Shown here piece after piece: positions 53,486-62,330 of a DNA stretch of 64,000 bases; position 1 is the first letter of the stretch, and each line of letters opens with the position of its first letter. The stretch lies in NCBI GenBank assembly GCA_050952465.1, contig JBMNKZ010000014.1, positions 26,613-90,612 on the forward strand. The letters are read 5' to 3'. Origin of the DNA: Bacillota bacterium. GTDB taxonomy: Bacteria > Bacillota > Dehalobacteriia > Dehalobacteriales > Dehalobacteriaceae. Below the pieces are notes generated by a model. The model was not told the DNA's origin, ran no database searches, and saw nothing but the letters and a program-made list of their open reading frames with translations. A program made the position numbers and the translations under genes.

Positions 53486-53556
53486 GATCAGATTTTAATT
53501 TAAAGCACCAAAACCTAATAAAAAACATATTATTTAGCGGGGAAGGAAGTGAGATT

Positions 53557-53952
53557 ATGAGCCGCCATCGGCATAAAAGAAGAAAGTCACGGGAAAGAGA
53601 AGAGGAACTAAGAAGATCACAAACAAGCGGAAGGGGCCTTTCTTTGTCATCACTAATTACAAATGTAGACTTTAAAACCTTGTCCGGCCAATTAAGGGAT
53701 ATTGCCGGCTATATGGAAACCTTTAGTCAGATCACAGAACTATTTCAGTTAGCAGATGTCTTTGTTAACCCCAAACAGGGAAAAGGGAAAGGTCAAAGCT
53801 TTAATCTTATGAACATGCTAAAAGATAGAGATTCTCTTAACCAGCTCTTCCAAATGCTTTCACCCAACTTAGGAGAAACCATGAATGACATGCGCTATGA
53901 AAAAAAAGTAGAACCAATAAACGTGGAAACACATAACCCAGAAAAGAAGTAA
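53557..53952 (+). CDS. Hypothetical protein with highly basic N-terminus
   Basis: 131-aa ORF with RBS GGAAGGAAG. It begins MSRHRHKRRKSREREEELRR. I recognise no family. Confidence 0.5.
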   Translation: MSRHRHKRRKSREREEELRRSQTSGRGLSLSSLITNVDFKTLSGQLRDIAGYMETFSQITELFQLADVFVNPKQGKGKGQSFNLMNMLKDRDSLNQLFQMLSPNLGETMNDMRYEKKVEPINVETHNPEKK

Positions 53953-53976
53953 GGAACGGTTAACACCGTTCCTTAC
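53949..53976. terminator. Bidirectional hairpin shared by convergent small genes
   Basis: gtaaggaacggt-taac-accgttccttac, a perfect 12-bp stem. It overlaps the stop codon of the + gene and abuts the stop of the - gene. Confidence 0.5.
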
Positions 53977-54192
53977 CTATTTTCTGGGAATTTTTACTCC
54001 ATTTTTAGCTGCCAACCTACTCATGAGCTTTTTTAAATTCTCCCGATTAGAATTTGTTACTCCCCCTGATTTTTCCATTTCGTTAATAATTTCATTAATT
54101 ATGTTTACATTTCCCTCGGATAAGGCACCTTGATAGTTATTGATTAAGGCCCTAAGCTCTGAAAGTGATTTGACTTTGGGAATTGATCTCAT
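53977..54192 (-). CDS. Hypothetical small protein
   Basis: 71-aa ORF with RBS AAGGAGGGG upstream. Helical and charged. I recognise no family. Confidence 0.45.
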   Translation of the reverse strand: MRSIPKVKSLSELRALINNYQGALSEGNVNIINEIINEMEKSGGVTNSNRENLKKLMSRLAAKNGVKIPRK

Positions 54193-54260
54193 TTAAATCC
54201 CCTCCTTTTGTAATGCCTGTCACCTTATCTTATGTTAGGCATAGTACAAAAGGTTCCTCT

Positions 54261-55130
54261 TTAATAGTCATTGTTTTCATATGTATCATCATTTTTGCCT
54301 AAATCGTAAATAAATGTTTTTTCATCAATTTGTCTAAAGCCATTTCTTAGCCAAAAACCAATGGTCTCAGAAGTGGAAACCACAGAGATTTTGCTCATAC
54401 TATTTTCTTTACTCCAATGAATCAAAAGTCTAATGATCATCATACCCAATCCCTGATCCCTTTGGGCCTTCGGAATGCGGAGAAAAAATATTTGTAAGAT
54501 TTTTTCCTTAATCCCAATGGTTAGTAAGAAAGGGTCTTTTTGGCCTCGAACATGAAAGTTTATCACTAGGTTTTCAGATTCCCCGGAAACAGTTTTGCTA
54601 AGAGGTTTCTGGATCACGTTTTCAAGATCCTTCTTCAGAGAGGATATATTAAACTCTCCCCCATTGGTTACCACATTTCGTGCTTCCCGTTTGCGCATTA
54701 AAGCTGTTTCCCATCTATGAAAAAAATATAATGCGATGTATGCCAAAACTGCCGATAGTACAGCCGGAAAATACATGCCGCTTCCGCTGGCCAAGCCTAA
54801 GCCGCAGACCAGCCACAGGGTGGTGGCGGTGGTCAGCCCCCTAATATTAACGCCCTCTTTCCAAATCACACCTGCCCCGATAAAACCCATCCCGGAAATC
54901 ACCTGAGCGGCTAAGCGGGCTGGGTCCTTTCTGACCACAGGAAGATAGTCAAAATCGCTAAACCCATAAAGTGAAACAATCATAAAAAGAGCACTGGCCA
55001 AACATACCAGAGAATGGGTTCTGGCTCCAGCCGGTTTATTATGTAAATGGCGCTCTGAACCTATTAGACCTCCGATAATTAAGGCAAATATCAACCTAAG
55101 TGCTAATTCTAATTGAAGGTGAATGTTCAT
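54261..55130 (-). CDS. MgtC/SapB-family membrane domain fused to a GNAT-like C-terminal domain
   Basis: The N-terminal LIFALIIGGLIGSERHLHNKPAGARTH is the MgtC signature. The C-terminal RDQGLGMMIIRLL...ETIGFWLRNGF resembles GNAT motif A/B. Confidence 0.65.
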   Translation of the reverse strand: MNIHLQLELALRLIFALIIGGLIGSERHLHNKPAGARTHSLVCLASALFMIVSLYGFSDFDYLPVVRKDPARLAAQVISGMGFIGAGVIWKEGVNIRGLTTATTLWLVCGLGLASGSGMYFPAVLSAVLAYIALYFFHRWETALMRKREARNVVTNGGEFNISSLKKDLENVIQKPLSKTVSGESENLVINFHVRGQKDPFLLTIGIKEKILQIFFLRIPKAQRDQGLGMMIIRLLIHWSKENSMSKISVVSTSETIGFWLRNGFRQIDEKTFIYDLGKNDDTYENNDY

Positions 55131-55257
55131 AACATTTCTCCCTCATCCGCTGTTTTTGATTTGGCCACAACATTTTGGCCAGCCTAGTCTTCAGAATCAA
55201 TTGATTATCAATATCTTAACCAGCACGAGCCAAAAGAATTAAAGCTATATAGATATA

Positions 55258-55947
55258 TTAGGCCTTTGAAGTAATAAAACCATAAATCAAAACCGGCAAA
55301 GCACAAGCCCAGGGGATTACTTTCCCTAAAAATTCTCCCGTTAATTGGGTTAAATTTAGTGCTGAATCATTAAAGATCATATTTACCGCAGTATGAGCAA
55401 GTACCGTGGCACCAACGTAGATAATGATGGGATACTTCCCCATCATTGTTGCCAGCCAAGTAGATCCCCAGACCAAGATGGGAATTGAAAGGAGCAAACC
55501 AAATATAACCAGCCATACTTGCCCCTGAGCTGCCCCTGCAACCCCCATCACATTATCAAAAGCCATAGAAATGTCAGCAACAACAATAGTACCTACTGCA
55601 CTCCAAAATTTGTTAGAGGAACGTACATTAGCCCCCTCTTCAACCTTTGCATTTAACAATTTATATGTAATGAAGATTAGGATCAGTCCCCCAATGGCAC
55701 TTAAGTATTTTATTGTAAGTAAGTATACGGCAAATATGGTAAATGTCACCCGGAGAATAATGGCACCCCCGGCACCAAGAATTGCCGCTTTTTTTTGCAT
55801 CGGGCGGGGCAAATCCCGAATAGCGAGGCCAATCACGGCAGCATTATCCCCACTCAACACCAAATCGATTATGGTAATAGAAAAAATAGCTGCCACCGTT
55901 TGCCATAACCAAGACGGAACTGCCAAAAGTGCCAAAATGCTCTCCAA
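55258..55947 (-). CDS. TerC/YjbE-family integral membrane protein
   Basis: Two DN-containing repeats (LSGDNAAVIGLA and AFDNVMGVAG) and 7 TM segments. Confidence 0.85.
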   Translation of the reverse strand: MESILALLAVPSWLWQTVAAIFSITIIDLVLSGDNAAVIGLAIRDLPRPMQKKAAILGAGGAIILRVTFTIFAVYLLTIKYLSAIGGLILIFITYKLLNAKVEEGANVRSSNKFWSAVGTIVVADISMAFDNVMGVAGAAQGQVWLVIFGLLLSIPILVWGSTWLATMMGKYPIIIYVGATVLAHTAVNMIFNDSALNLTQLTGEFLGKVIPWACALPVLIYGFITSKA

Positions 55948-56177
55948 AATAATTCCTCCTCAAGTTAATATAAGTCATTCCTAAAATCCATCCTTTGACT
56001 ACATCCATCCTATGATTATCCAGAACAACTTATTCCTAAAAGGTCAAACCCTTTTTTCCAGATAATACTTATATAAAATTTTAAAATCATTATTCAAAGT
56101 AATCACTTGGTCAAGTTTCTAATTTCGTCCATTCAACATATTGTAAATTAAAACTTAAACAGGAGGTATTAGATCTT

Positions 56178-57314
56178 ATGGAAACACGTCAACAGGTACC
56201 GCCTTGCCCAAATGGTACCATCTACACAATTAGGTCAGGAGATACATTTTTCAGCTTGGCCAGTCGCTTTAACACAAGCGTAGATGCGATTGTTGCTGCA
56301 AACCCCAATGTTGATCCCAACAACCTGCAGGTAGGTCAGCAAATCTGCATCCCGGTTCCGCCTACACCAGGTCCATGCCCCGGCGGTACTATTTATACTA
56401 TTAGAGCAGGTGACACCTTATTCGCCCTGGCTAATCGTTTTAACACTACCGTCAACGCCATTCTCGAGGCTAACCCAGGCCTTGACCCTGACAACCTGCA
56501 GGTAGGACGAAGAATCTGCATCCCAGTTCCGCCTACACCAGGTCCATGCCCGGGTGGCACCATTTATACCATTAGAGCTGGGGATACCCTATTTGCTTTG
56601 GCTAATCGCTTTAACACCACTGTCAATGCCATTGTTGAGGCTAACCCTAACATTGACCCCAACAGACTGCAGGTAGGCCAGCAGATCTGCATCCCGGTTC
56701 CACCTACACCTGAATGCCCCGGTGGTACTATTTATACTATCCGGGCAGGTGACACCTTATTTGCTCTGGCTAACCGGTTTAACACTACCGTTAATGCCAT
56801 TCTCCGGGCAAACCCAGGTCTTGACCCCAACAGACTGGAGGTAGGCCAGAGAATCTGCATCCCGGTTCCGCCTGCACCTGAATGCCCGGGACGCACCTAT
56901 ACTATCAGAGCAGGAGATACTTTCTTTAGCATTGCTCGGCGCTTTGGCTTTACTGTGCAGCAGCTATTAGATGCTAACCCCGATGTTGATCCCGATCAAC
57001 TGCAAGTCGGCCAGGTAATATGCTTGCCGCCCTCTCCAAACGGGCCCGTCCCATGTCCTGGAGGGAGAATTTATGTAATAAGAGCCGGCGATACTTTAGT
57101 GGGCATTGCGAACCGAGCAGGGATTACCCTAAGACAATTGCTGGCAGCTAATCCCCAAATAACGGATCCGGATGTTATTTTTATCGGTCAGTCCATTTGT
57201 ATCCCCGGTAACATGAGAGGAGATATTGGGGAAAACTATGCAGATTCCCCATATCAGGGCCAGATGTTTTGTCCCTTTGCACCATTCTGCTCTATGTTTT
57301 TCAGACCTTTCTAA
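56178..57314 (+). CDS. Six-LysM-domain protein without signal peptide (spore-coat/cortex-associated candidate)
   Basis: Six repeats of CPGGTIYTIRAGDT(L/F)F.(L/I)A.RF..TV..(I/L)..ANP..DP..LQVGQ.ICIP, joined by VPPTP linkers. No N-terminal hydrophobic leader. Confidence 0.8.
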   Translation: METRQQVPPCPNGTIYTIRSGDTFFSLASRFNTSVDAIVAANPNVDPNNLQVGQQICIPVPPTPGPCPGGTIYTIRAGDTLFALANRFNTTVNAILEANPGLDPDNLQVGRRICIPVPPTPGPCPGGTIYTIRAGDTLFALANRFNTTVNAIVEANPNIDPNRLQVGQQICIPVPPTPECPGGTIYTIRAGDTLFALANRFNTTVNAILRANPGLDPNRLEVGQRICIPVPPAPECPGRTYTIRAGDTFFSIARRFGFTVQQLLDANPDVDPDQLQVGQVICLPPSPNGPVPCPGGRIYVIRAGDTLVGIANRAGITLRQLLAANPQITDPDVIFIGQSICIPGNMRGDIGENYADSPYQGQMFCPFAPFCSMFFRPF

Positions 57315-57349
57315 TAGTTCTGTAGTTGATGCTTTGAAAACATCATTTA

Positions 57350-57370
57350 GGGGCGATTCATGAATCGCCC
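57350..57370. repeat. REP-like palindromic element
   Basis: ggggcgattcatgaatcgccc, downstream of the LysM gene. Confidence 0.6.
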
Positions 57371-57400
57371 AATGAGTTGAAACCGTTAGCTAACATGAAA

Positions 57401-57437
57401 GGGTTATGATGGATATTAGTCCCCATAACCCTTTTTT
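57401..57437 (+). terminator. Hairpin terminator between convergent LysM gene and lasso ABC exporter
   Basis: gggttatg-N15-cataaccc followed by TTTTTT. Confidence 0.5.
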
Positions 57438-57477
57438 CGTGTTCCCGCTGCTTTTTTATTCCACTTACCTCCACCTT

Positions 57478-59196
57478 TTATTTTAAATTCAAAGTCAGAT
57501 CCTCATAATCTCTTATTTCTTTTACAGTCCCTTGATCCAAGACAATGATCTGATCGGCATTTTTTATGGTAGAAAGCCTATGGGTAATTATTAAAATCGT
57601 CAATTTCCCATGTAAACTTTCAATAGCTTTTTGAATCCGCTTTTCATTCTCCCCATCCAATGAGTTTGTTGCCTCATCCAGAATAAGCAAAGCCGGTTTT
57701 CTGAGTAATGCCCTTGCTAAAACAATCCGCTGCCTTTCGCCCCCTGAAAGACGCACTCCTCTGTCCCCAACCCGTGTGTCCAAGCCTTCAGGTAAACGGG
57801 ATATAAAATCATCTATCGCCGCCAATTTCAAGGCCTGCCAGATTTCTTTTTCCTTTGCTGAAGGATGAGACCAAAGCATATTATCCCGAAGGGAAGCATT
57901 GAATAAAAAAGCATCTTGAGGTACATAACCAATATTCTTGCGCCATAAATGAACATTTATATCCTTCAAGGGTACCCTATCAACTAAGATCAACCCTTGT
58001 TGGGGAGTAAGTATTCCGGTGATTAAATCTGCTACCGTGCTTTTCCCTGAGCCGGATACCCCAACAAGGGCAGTAGTGCTTCCATTAGGAATGGTAAAAG
58101 ATAAATTTTTAACCGCATAAATAGGATTCTCTGAGTTGGAGTTATAACTAAAGAAAACATTTTTAAATTCTATGCCTTCCTGCAAATCCTTTTGGATTAA
58201 AGATTGTCCTTTAAGATAAATTTCTTTTTCTTTCATACACTCCCTTTCAAAATCCATGACCCCCAAAAAAGCCGGGAGCATCATGGCCACATGCTGCAAC
58301 CCCCCTTGAAAAGAAGAAAATCTAGGCCAGAGACGGGCAAAAATCACAACGATCAACAAGATTTCCTCAGGTTGGGTATGAAAAAAATTTACCATACCAT
58401 AAAAAAAGATGCTGATAAAAACCGCCGCGCCGGCCTTATATAGCATCTGAGTCCCGCTTTGAATCCGATTAAATTGGACAAAATTATTTTCAATATTTTT
58501 TCTTAATTCAATGAATTTAACGATATGCATTTCTTCCATACCACAGCTTTTTACTTCCTTAATCCCGTTTAGATGCTCAGTGATGGCAAAGAAAAGATCC
58601 CGGTTATGTTTGGATAAAGTTGCCCCCATTTCCTTGACTTGGCGCACGTGTTTTTGCATTAAAACGGAAAAGATCAACCCTCCCCCGATGACCACCAAGG
58701 TTAAGATGGGAGACAAGAAAAAAGCAATGGCTATTTGAATCACTCCTATTATTACAATAGCGATTAATTGAAAAAGAAACTGGGTCCCACCGGCCACCCG
58801 CCCTAGTTCTGCAATTAAGATATTGGTTAGGTCAGACTTTTTTCTGGCAGCTAAATAACCCCATTTCGCATAGGCCAATCCTTGAAAAATCCTAATACTT
58901 AAAAAGCTATGAAAAGATTGCTGAATCCGCGTATTCAGATTGGATTGGTAGCGTTGTAATCCACTTTGCGTCAGAATTAACCCAATATAAATTAAAAGCA
59001 CTACCGGCAAGCTAAGAATCAGGTCTAATGGGGCAGAAGACTCTTGTCCGATACCGGCGAAATGAAGAAGCGGTATTAAAAGTAATATACCAATCCCCTC
59101 AAGAGTACCCAGAACTACCATTAAAAACACATTAAGAATAATCTTCCCGCGGGCAAACCGGAATAATTCTTGAATATAGTTACTAAATACCTTCAC
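57478..59196 (-). CDS. ABC transporter permease/ATPase (lasso peptide exporter/immunity, McjD-like role)
   Basis: An N-terminal 6-TM domain, Walker A GVSGSGKST, signature LSGGERQR and Walker B LLILDEATN. GTG start 3 nt after the upstream stop. Confidence 0.85.
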   Translation of the reverse strand: MKVFSNYIQELFRFARGKIILNVFLMVVLGTLEGIGILLLIPLLHFAGIGQESSAPLDLILSLPVVLLIYIGLILTQSGLQRYQSNLNTRIQQSFHSFLSIRIFQGLAYAKWGYLAARKKSDLTNILIAELGRVAGGTQFLFQLIAIVIIGVIQIAIAFFLSPILTLVVIGGGLIFSVLMQKHVRQVKEMGATLSKHNRDLFFAITEHLNGIKEVKSCGMEEMHIVKFIELRKNIENNFVQFNRIQSGTQMLYKAGAAVFISIFFYGMVNFFHTQPEEILLIVVIFARLWPRFSSFQGGLQHVAMMLPAFLGVMDFERECMKEKEIYLKGQSLIQKDLQEGIEFKNVFFSYNSNSENPIYAVKNLSFTIPNGSTTALVGVSGSGKSTVADLITGILTPQQGLILVDRVPLKDINVHLWRKNIGYVPQDAFLFNASLRDNMLWSHPSAKEKEIWQALKLAAIDDFISRLPEGLDTRVGDRGVRLSGGERQRIVLARALLRKPALLILDEATNSLDGENEKRIQKAIESLHGKLTILIITHRLSTIKNADQIIVLDQGTVKEIRDYEDLTLNLK

Positions 59197-59199
59197 TGT

Positions 59200-60468
59200 T
59201 TATTTTCTCCTCGTATCACCGATAATTCTTCTTTTTAGCCAAGTCATCGGCCGAATGAAATAATATAAAGGATATAAGGGGTCAGGGAGAGCTATTAGCT
59301 TAAAGTCCCTTTCGATGGGTTGAATTAGGGAATGGAGATAGGAAAACTTAAGTTTCCAGCCGCTCCTGATTCGGAAACGATAACCGTGGGTCTCTATAAA
59401 ACTTTTCCAGTAGGAAAAGCCAATTTCTTTTGGTGCCTCCTTCGCCCGGGAAATGAGACAGTCAATGACTTCTTCAGCCAGTCTTACCGCCTTTTTGTCT
59501 TTAATAGCAGCCTCAAGTATTTTATCAGGTAAGTCCACGTGAAAGAGCTGATCCAATAACAAGAAGGTTTGATGGACAAGAATTTTCATCCCTGCACACT
59601 CCGCCAATCTCATGATCTTGTCCCAATCAACTTCCGTAACAAGGAGAAATTTTTCCATATCTATGAGCCAACGGAGCCGCTCCCATTTGTGGCTACCCCC
59701 ATGTACCACAAGATAGAGAAACCACTCCTCATCGGGCAACACAGGAACGGAAAAGCCGCTAATCTCTACTGTACCCAGGTCTTTATCTCTGGAAAATGTC
59801 GAAAACCTTAGATCAATTTGATGCATTTTCCAATGAAGTTCCAGACAGGTTCCCCGCTCTTGATGAAGATAAAGATTGTGATGATATTTATTTAGATACA
59901 CCTTTGTTTGGCGGGGAGTAAAGGAGATCCCCCTCGTTCTTTGTTCATAGCCTTCTTCTCGTAAAATATTTTCCGCTTTTTCCAGATCCTTTAAAGGTAC
60001 TAATAGATCAATATCCTTTGACATTCTTAGGGAAACATCCCCATATATTTTCTGAGCTAAAGGTGCTCCTTTTAAGACCAGGGTAGAAATCCCCTTTTCT
60101 TGAAAAATACGCAGGATCCTAATCATCTCCCCCGTGAGACCTATGGATCTAATGGTATTTTCCTCATATTTCAATTTCAAAAAATGCATCACATGGGGAG
60201 AGATTGACTGAATTTTTAGGTTGCTTAACGTTTTATATACCATGGGAAATACCCGGTGATGCCAAGTCATCTTTAAGAACAAGTCCCAATCTACCGGCCG
60301 TGATAAGAAAAATTCAACTTTTTCCCTTGACTGAGCAATATGAAACTCATTAGAATCATTAGCATTAATAGGCGCACCGGATTTACCAAACTCATTTATG
60401 CCCCGGGAAATTTCCATTAATAGGAGCAGTTCCGGAGTAAATCCTTTAAGCCCCATACCATAAGACAA
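59200..60468 (-). CDS. Nucleotidyltransferase-family protein (lasso tailoring candidate)
   Basis: 422 aa. LKG...YGD...SKDIDLLV is the pattern of the 'uncharacterised nucleotidyltransferase' family often found in lasso/RiPP clusters. It sits between the B2 and ABC genes. Confidence 0.6.
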   Translation of the reverse strand: MSYGMGLKGFTPELLLLMEISRGINEFGKSGAPINANDSNEFHIAQSREKVEFFLSRPVDWDLFLKMTWHHRVFPMVYKTLSNLKIQSISPHVMHFLKLKYEENTIRSIGLTGEMIRILRIFQEKGISTLVLKGAPLAQKIYGDVSLRMSKDIDLLVPLKDLEKAENILREEGYEQRTRGISFTPRQTKVYLNKYHHNLYLHQERGTCLELHWKMHQIDLRFSTFSRDKDLGTVEISGFSVPVLPDEEWFLYLVVHGGSHKWERLRWLIDMEKFLLVTEVDWDKIMRLAECAGMKILVHQTFLLLDQLFHVDLPDKILEAAIKDKKAVRLAEEVIDCLISRAKEAPKEIGFSYWKSFIETHGYRFRIRSGWKLKFSYLHSLIQPIERDFKLIALPDPLYPLYYFIRPMTWLKRRIIGDTRRK

Positions 60469-60513
60469 AGAACCACCTCTTATCTCTCACAGGTATAACG
60501 TCTTATTAAATGT

Positions 60514-60972
60514 TTAACCGCGGGTAATTCTTTCCTCCCCAAAAGAAGATAAGGAAAGATAATCGTTCCATCCCTGATTCCCGGTAATAATCATATTCCC
60601 CGCCCTAAGCCAGGCATGGGCTGCCATCTCCTCCACGGTTTCCGGTTTATTAACGCCTAAATACAGGGTATTACTAATCCCTTTTCTTCTCAAAAGAATT
60701 TTTCCTGTAATCCCCTGCACTAAGCATTTACTCTCCCAAGGGGTATGCTTGCTTGCCCAAAGAATTATTCGGCTAATTCTTAAACAAATAACCCTCTGAG
60801 CAGGTGTCAGCTTTTGACCGGATTCGACCCCTTGCTCCCCTAAAAAGTGCGCGATCCACCTGAAAGGAAGGCACAAAACAGCCAAGCGTACCAATCCAGT
60901 TAAGAAAAAAATCTGAAAAAATTCCCACCTTTCCTGCCCAGGCAAAAGCAGCCACTTTTTAATCTTGCTCAT
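60514..60972 (-). CDS. Lasso peptide leader peptidase B2 (transglutaminase-like Cys protease)
   Basis: About 152 aa with the catalytic-type Cys context ESKCLVQG and His context HAWL. It overlaps the B1 3' end. Confidence 0.8.
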   Translation of the reverse strand: MSKIKKWLLLPGQERWEFFQIFFLTGLVRLAVLCLPFRWIAHFLGEQGVESGQKLTPAQRVICLRISRIILWASKHTPWESKCLVQGITGKILLRRKGISNTLYLGVNKPETVEEMAAHAWLRAGNMIITGNQGWNDYLSLSSFGEERITRG

Positions 60973-61255
60973 CAAGGCAAATTATTCCTTCCCGGTGCAT
61001 TTTATTTAAAAAAAGAGAAACATCCCTGAGACAGGTTTCTTCTTCCACCTGGTACTCTTTCATTAATTCGTCCATTAATTCTTGAATAGTGATAGGCCGA
61101 GCCAGCAACTCCCAGATAGAGCTTCCTACCCCATTAAGGCAGTAATATTTCCCTCTTTTGATACTCATCATTGCTTTTTCGCCTTCTAGATCGCTGCTGA
61201 TAATTCCGTCCTGCCGAGAAATTATAGTTTCTCTGGAGATTTTTGCTCCTTTCAT
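60959..61255 (-). CDS. Lasso peptide B1 (PqqD-like RRE leader-binding protein)
   Basis: About 98 aa. Y.LNGVGSSIWELL....TIQELMDEL..EY.V..E....DV..FL..M...G is the PqqD-family pattern. ATG 61255 lies 1 nt after the kinase stop. Confidence 0.75.
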   Translation of the reverse strand: MKGAKISRETIISRQDGIISSDLEGEKAMMSIKRGKYYCLNGVGSSIWELLARPITIQELMDELMKEYQVEEETCLRDVSLFLNKMHREGIICLDEQD

Positions 61256-61256
61256 G

Positions 61257-62204
61257 CTAAACAATCCCCCTATTTACCAGATCTTGTTCTATTAAAGTTT
61301 TAATTTCTTTGACTGTTAACAAGTGCGCCGGCCTCATAACTCTGGAAACAGCCACTTTCTCAGCCAAAGCAACTGCTTGGTGAAAAATATTTTCTGCATA
61401 TCCCATTACATCTGCAAACCCATATCTGTAAACATTATTTAGAATCAATTCCAATTTATCTACACCAGAAAGGGCAAAAAGAGATACTTTTTCGCAATTT
61501 GCTTTTCTCATTTCATAAATGGCAGTTAGTCTTTGAGGCATCTGGCAAAAGTCTCTTTCTAAAGGGACAGCATACTTATCAATCTGCCCGCTAATCTGGG
61601 AAAAATGATCAGCCTTTTCCCCCAAGGATTCCAGGCTGTCTTGCCACAGTTTCTGCTGAGGATAGGAGGGGTAGACCCAGGGATCACCTTCCCCGTTAAA
61701 ATAAATGGGGGCAATATCATCGGTTAGAATCTCAGACCCATCCTGACGAAAAATGGCAGCTAAAGTTGACTTCCCGGCTTTTTGGAGGCCTGTGATGATA
61801 AAACATTTTTCTTTAACCTTAACAGCACTACCATGGATGGGAAGAATGCCTCTTTGCCAAAGCAGGGCTCCAAAAGCCGATCCCAAAAGAAATAAACGTA
61901 CTTCCTTCATTTCCGCCGTTGCAGCCGGCTCAATAATAATCTCCCGGCCTTTTTTTATCAGGTAGCTGCCTACATTCCTAATCCGGAGTATTAATTGATC
62001 TTTTTTGCCTTGATAATATCCTTTGTTTTTCCATGCTTCGCCAGAATCCTTGGGCACTTTGCCAAGGGTGATTAACACCTCGGATGCCCCTATTGGGCAG
62101 GTCTTAAGTTCCGGCACCGGAATCTCTGATGCAATCTTTACCCCGAAAGCCTGATAGCAATATGATGCTGTATCTGGATAGGTATTCTCATGAAGTATAT
62201 GCAT
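61257..62204 (-). CDS. HPr-kinase-like serine kinase (lasso precursor kinase candidate)
   Basis: 315 aa. HGSAV...FIITGLQKAGKSTLAA is a P-loop like that of HprK-family kinases. Its start overlaps the precursor 3' end by 17 nt. Confidence 0.7.
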   Translation of the reverse strand: MHILHENTYPDTASYCYQAFGVKIASEIPVPELKTCPIGASEVLITLGKVPKDSGEAWKNKGYYQGKKDQLILRIRNVGSYLIKKGREIIIEPAATAEMKEVRLFLLGSAFGALLWQRGILPIHGSAVKVKEKCFIITGLQKAGKSTLAAIFRQDGSEILTDDIAPIYFNGEGDPWVYPSYPQQKLWQDSLESLGEKADHFSQISGQIDKYAVPLERDFCQMPQRLTAIYEMRKANCEKVSLFALSGVDKLELILNNVYRYGFADVMGYAENIFHQAVALAEKVAVSRVMRPAHLLTVKEIKTLIEQDLVNRGIV

Positions 62205-62325
62205 CTATATCCTCTTGAAAGGCAATGTCAACTAAACCATACCCGCCCCCATTTTCTGTCTTTCTTATCTCTATTTCGGTAATCTGGGGACTGATCCATG
62301 GTTTTTTTATTGTTTCTTGAGCCAT
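62188..62325 (-). CDS. Lasso peptide precursor (45 aa), not in ORF track
   Basis: RBS AGGAGGG, 8 nt, then an ATG giving MAQETIKKPWISPQITEIEIRKTENGGGYGLVDIAFQEDIDAYTS. The leader carries aromatic-xx-P-x-I...T-x. The core is Gly-rich with Asp 8-9 residues in, and the C-terminal residue is Ser. Confidence 0.75.
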   Translation of the reverse strand: MAQETIKKPWISPQITEIEIRKTENGGGYGLVDIAFQEDIDAYTS

Positions 62326-62330
62326 TTTTA

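Noticed and set aside
55948-56177. Looked for a yybP-ykoY (Mn) riboswitch upstream of the TerC-family gene
   Set aside because: I could not find the conserved GGGGAGUAG / UUGACA cores on the minus strand. The region looks like an ordinary AT-rich divergent promoter spacer.
56200-57150. Tandem repeats of about 177 nt that might be mistaken for a CRISPR-like or satellite array
   Set aside because: They are in-frame coding repeats (LysM domains plus linkers) inside one continuous ORF, with no spacer-repeat architecture.
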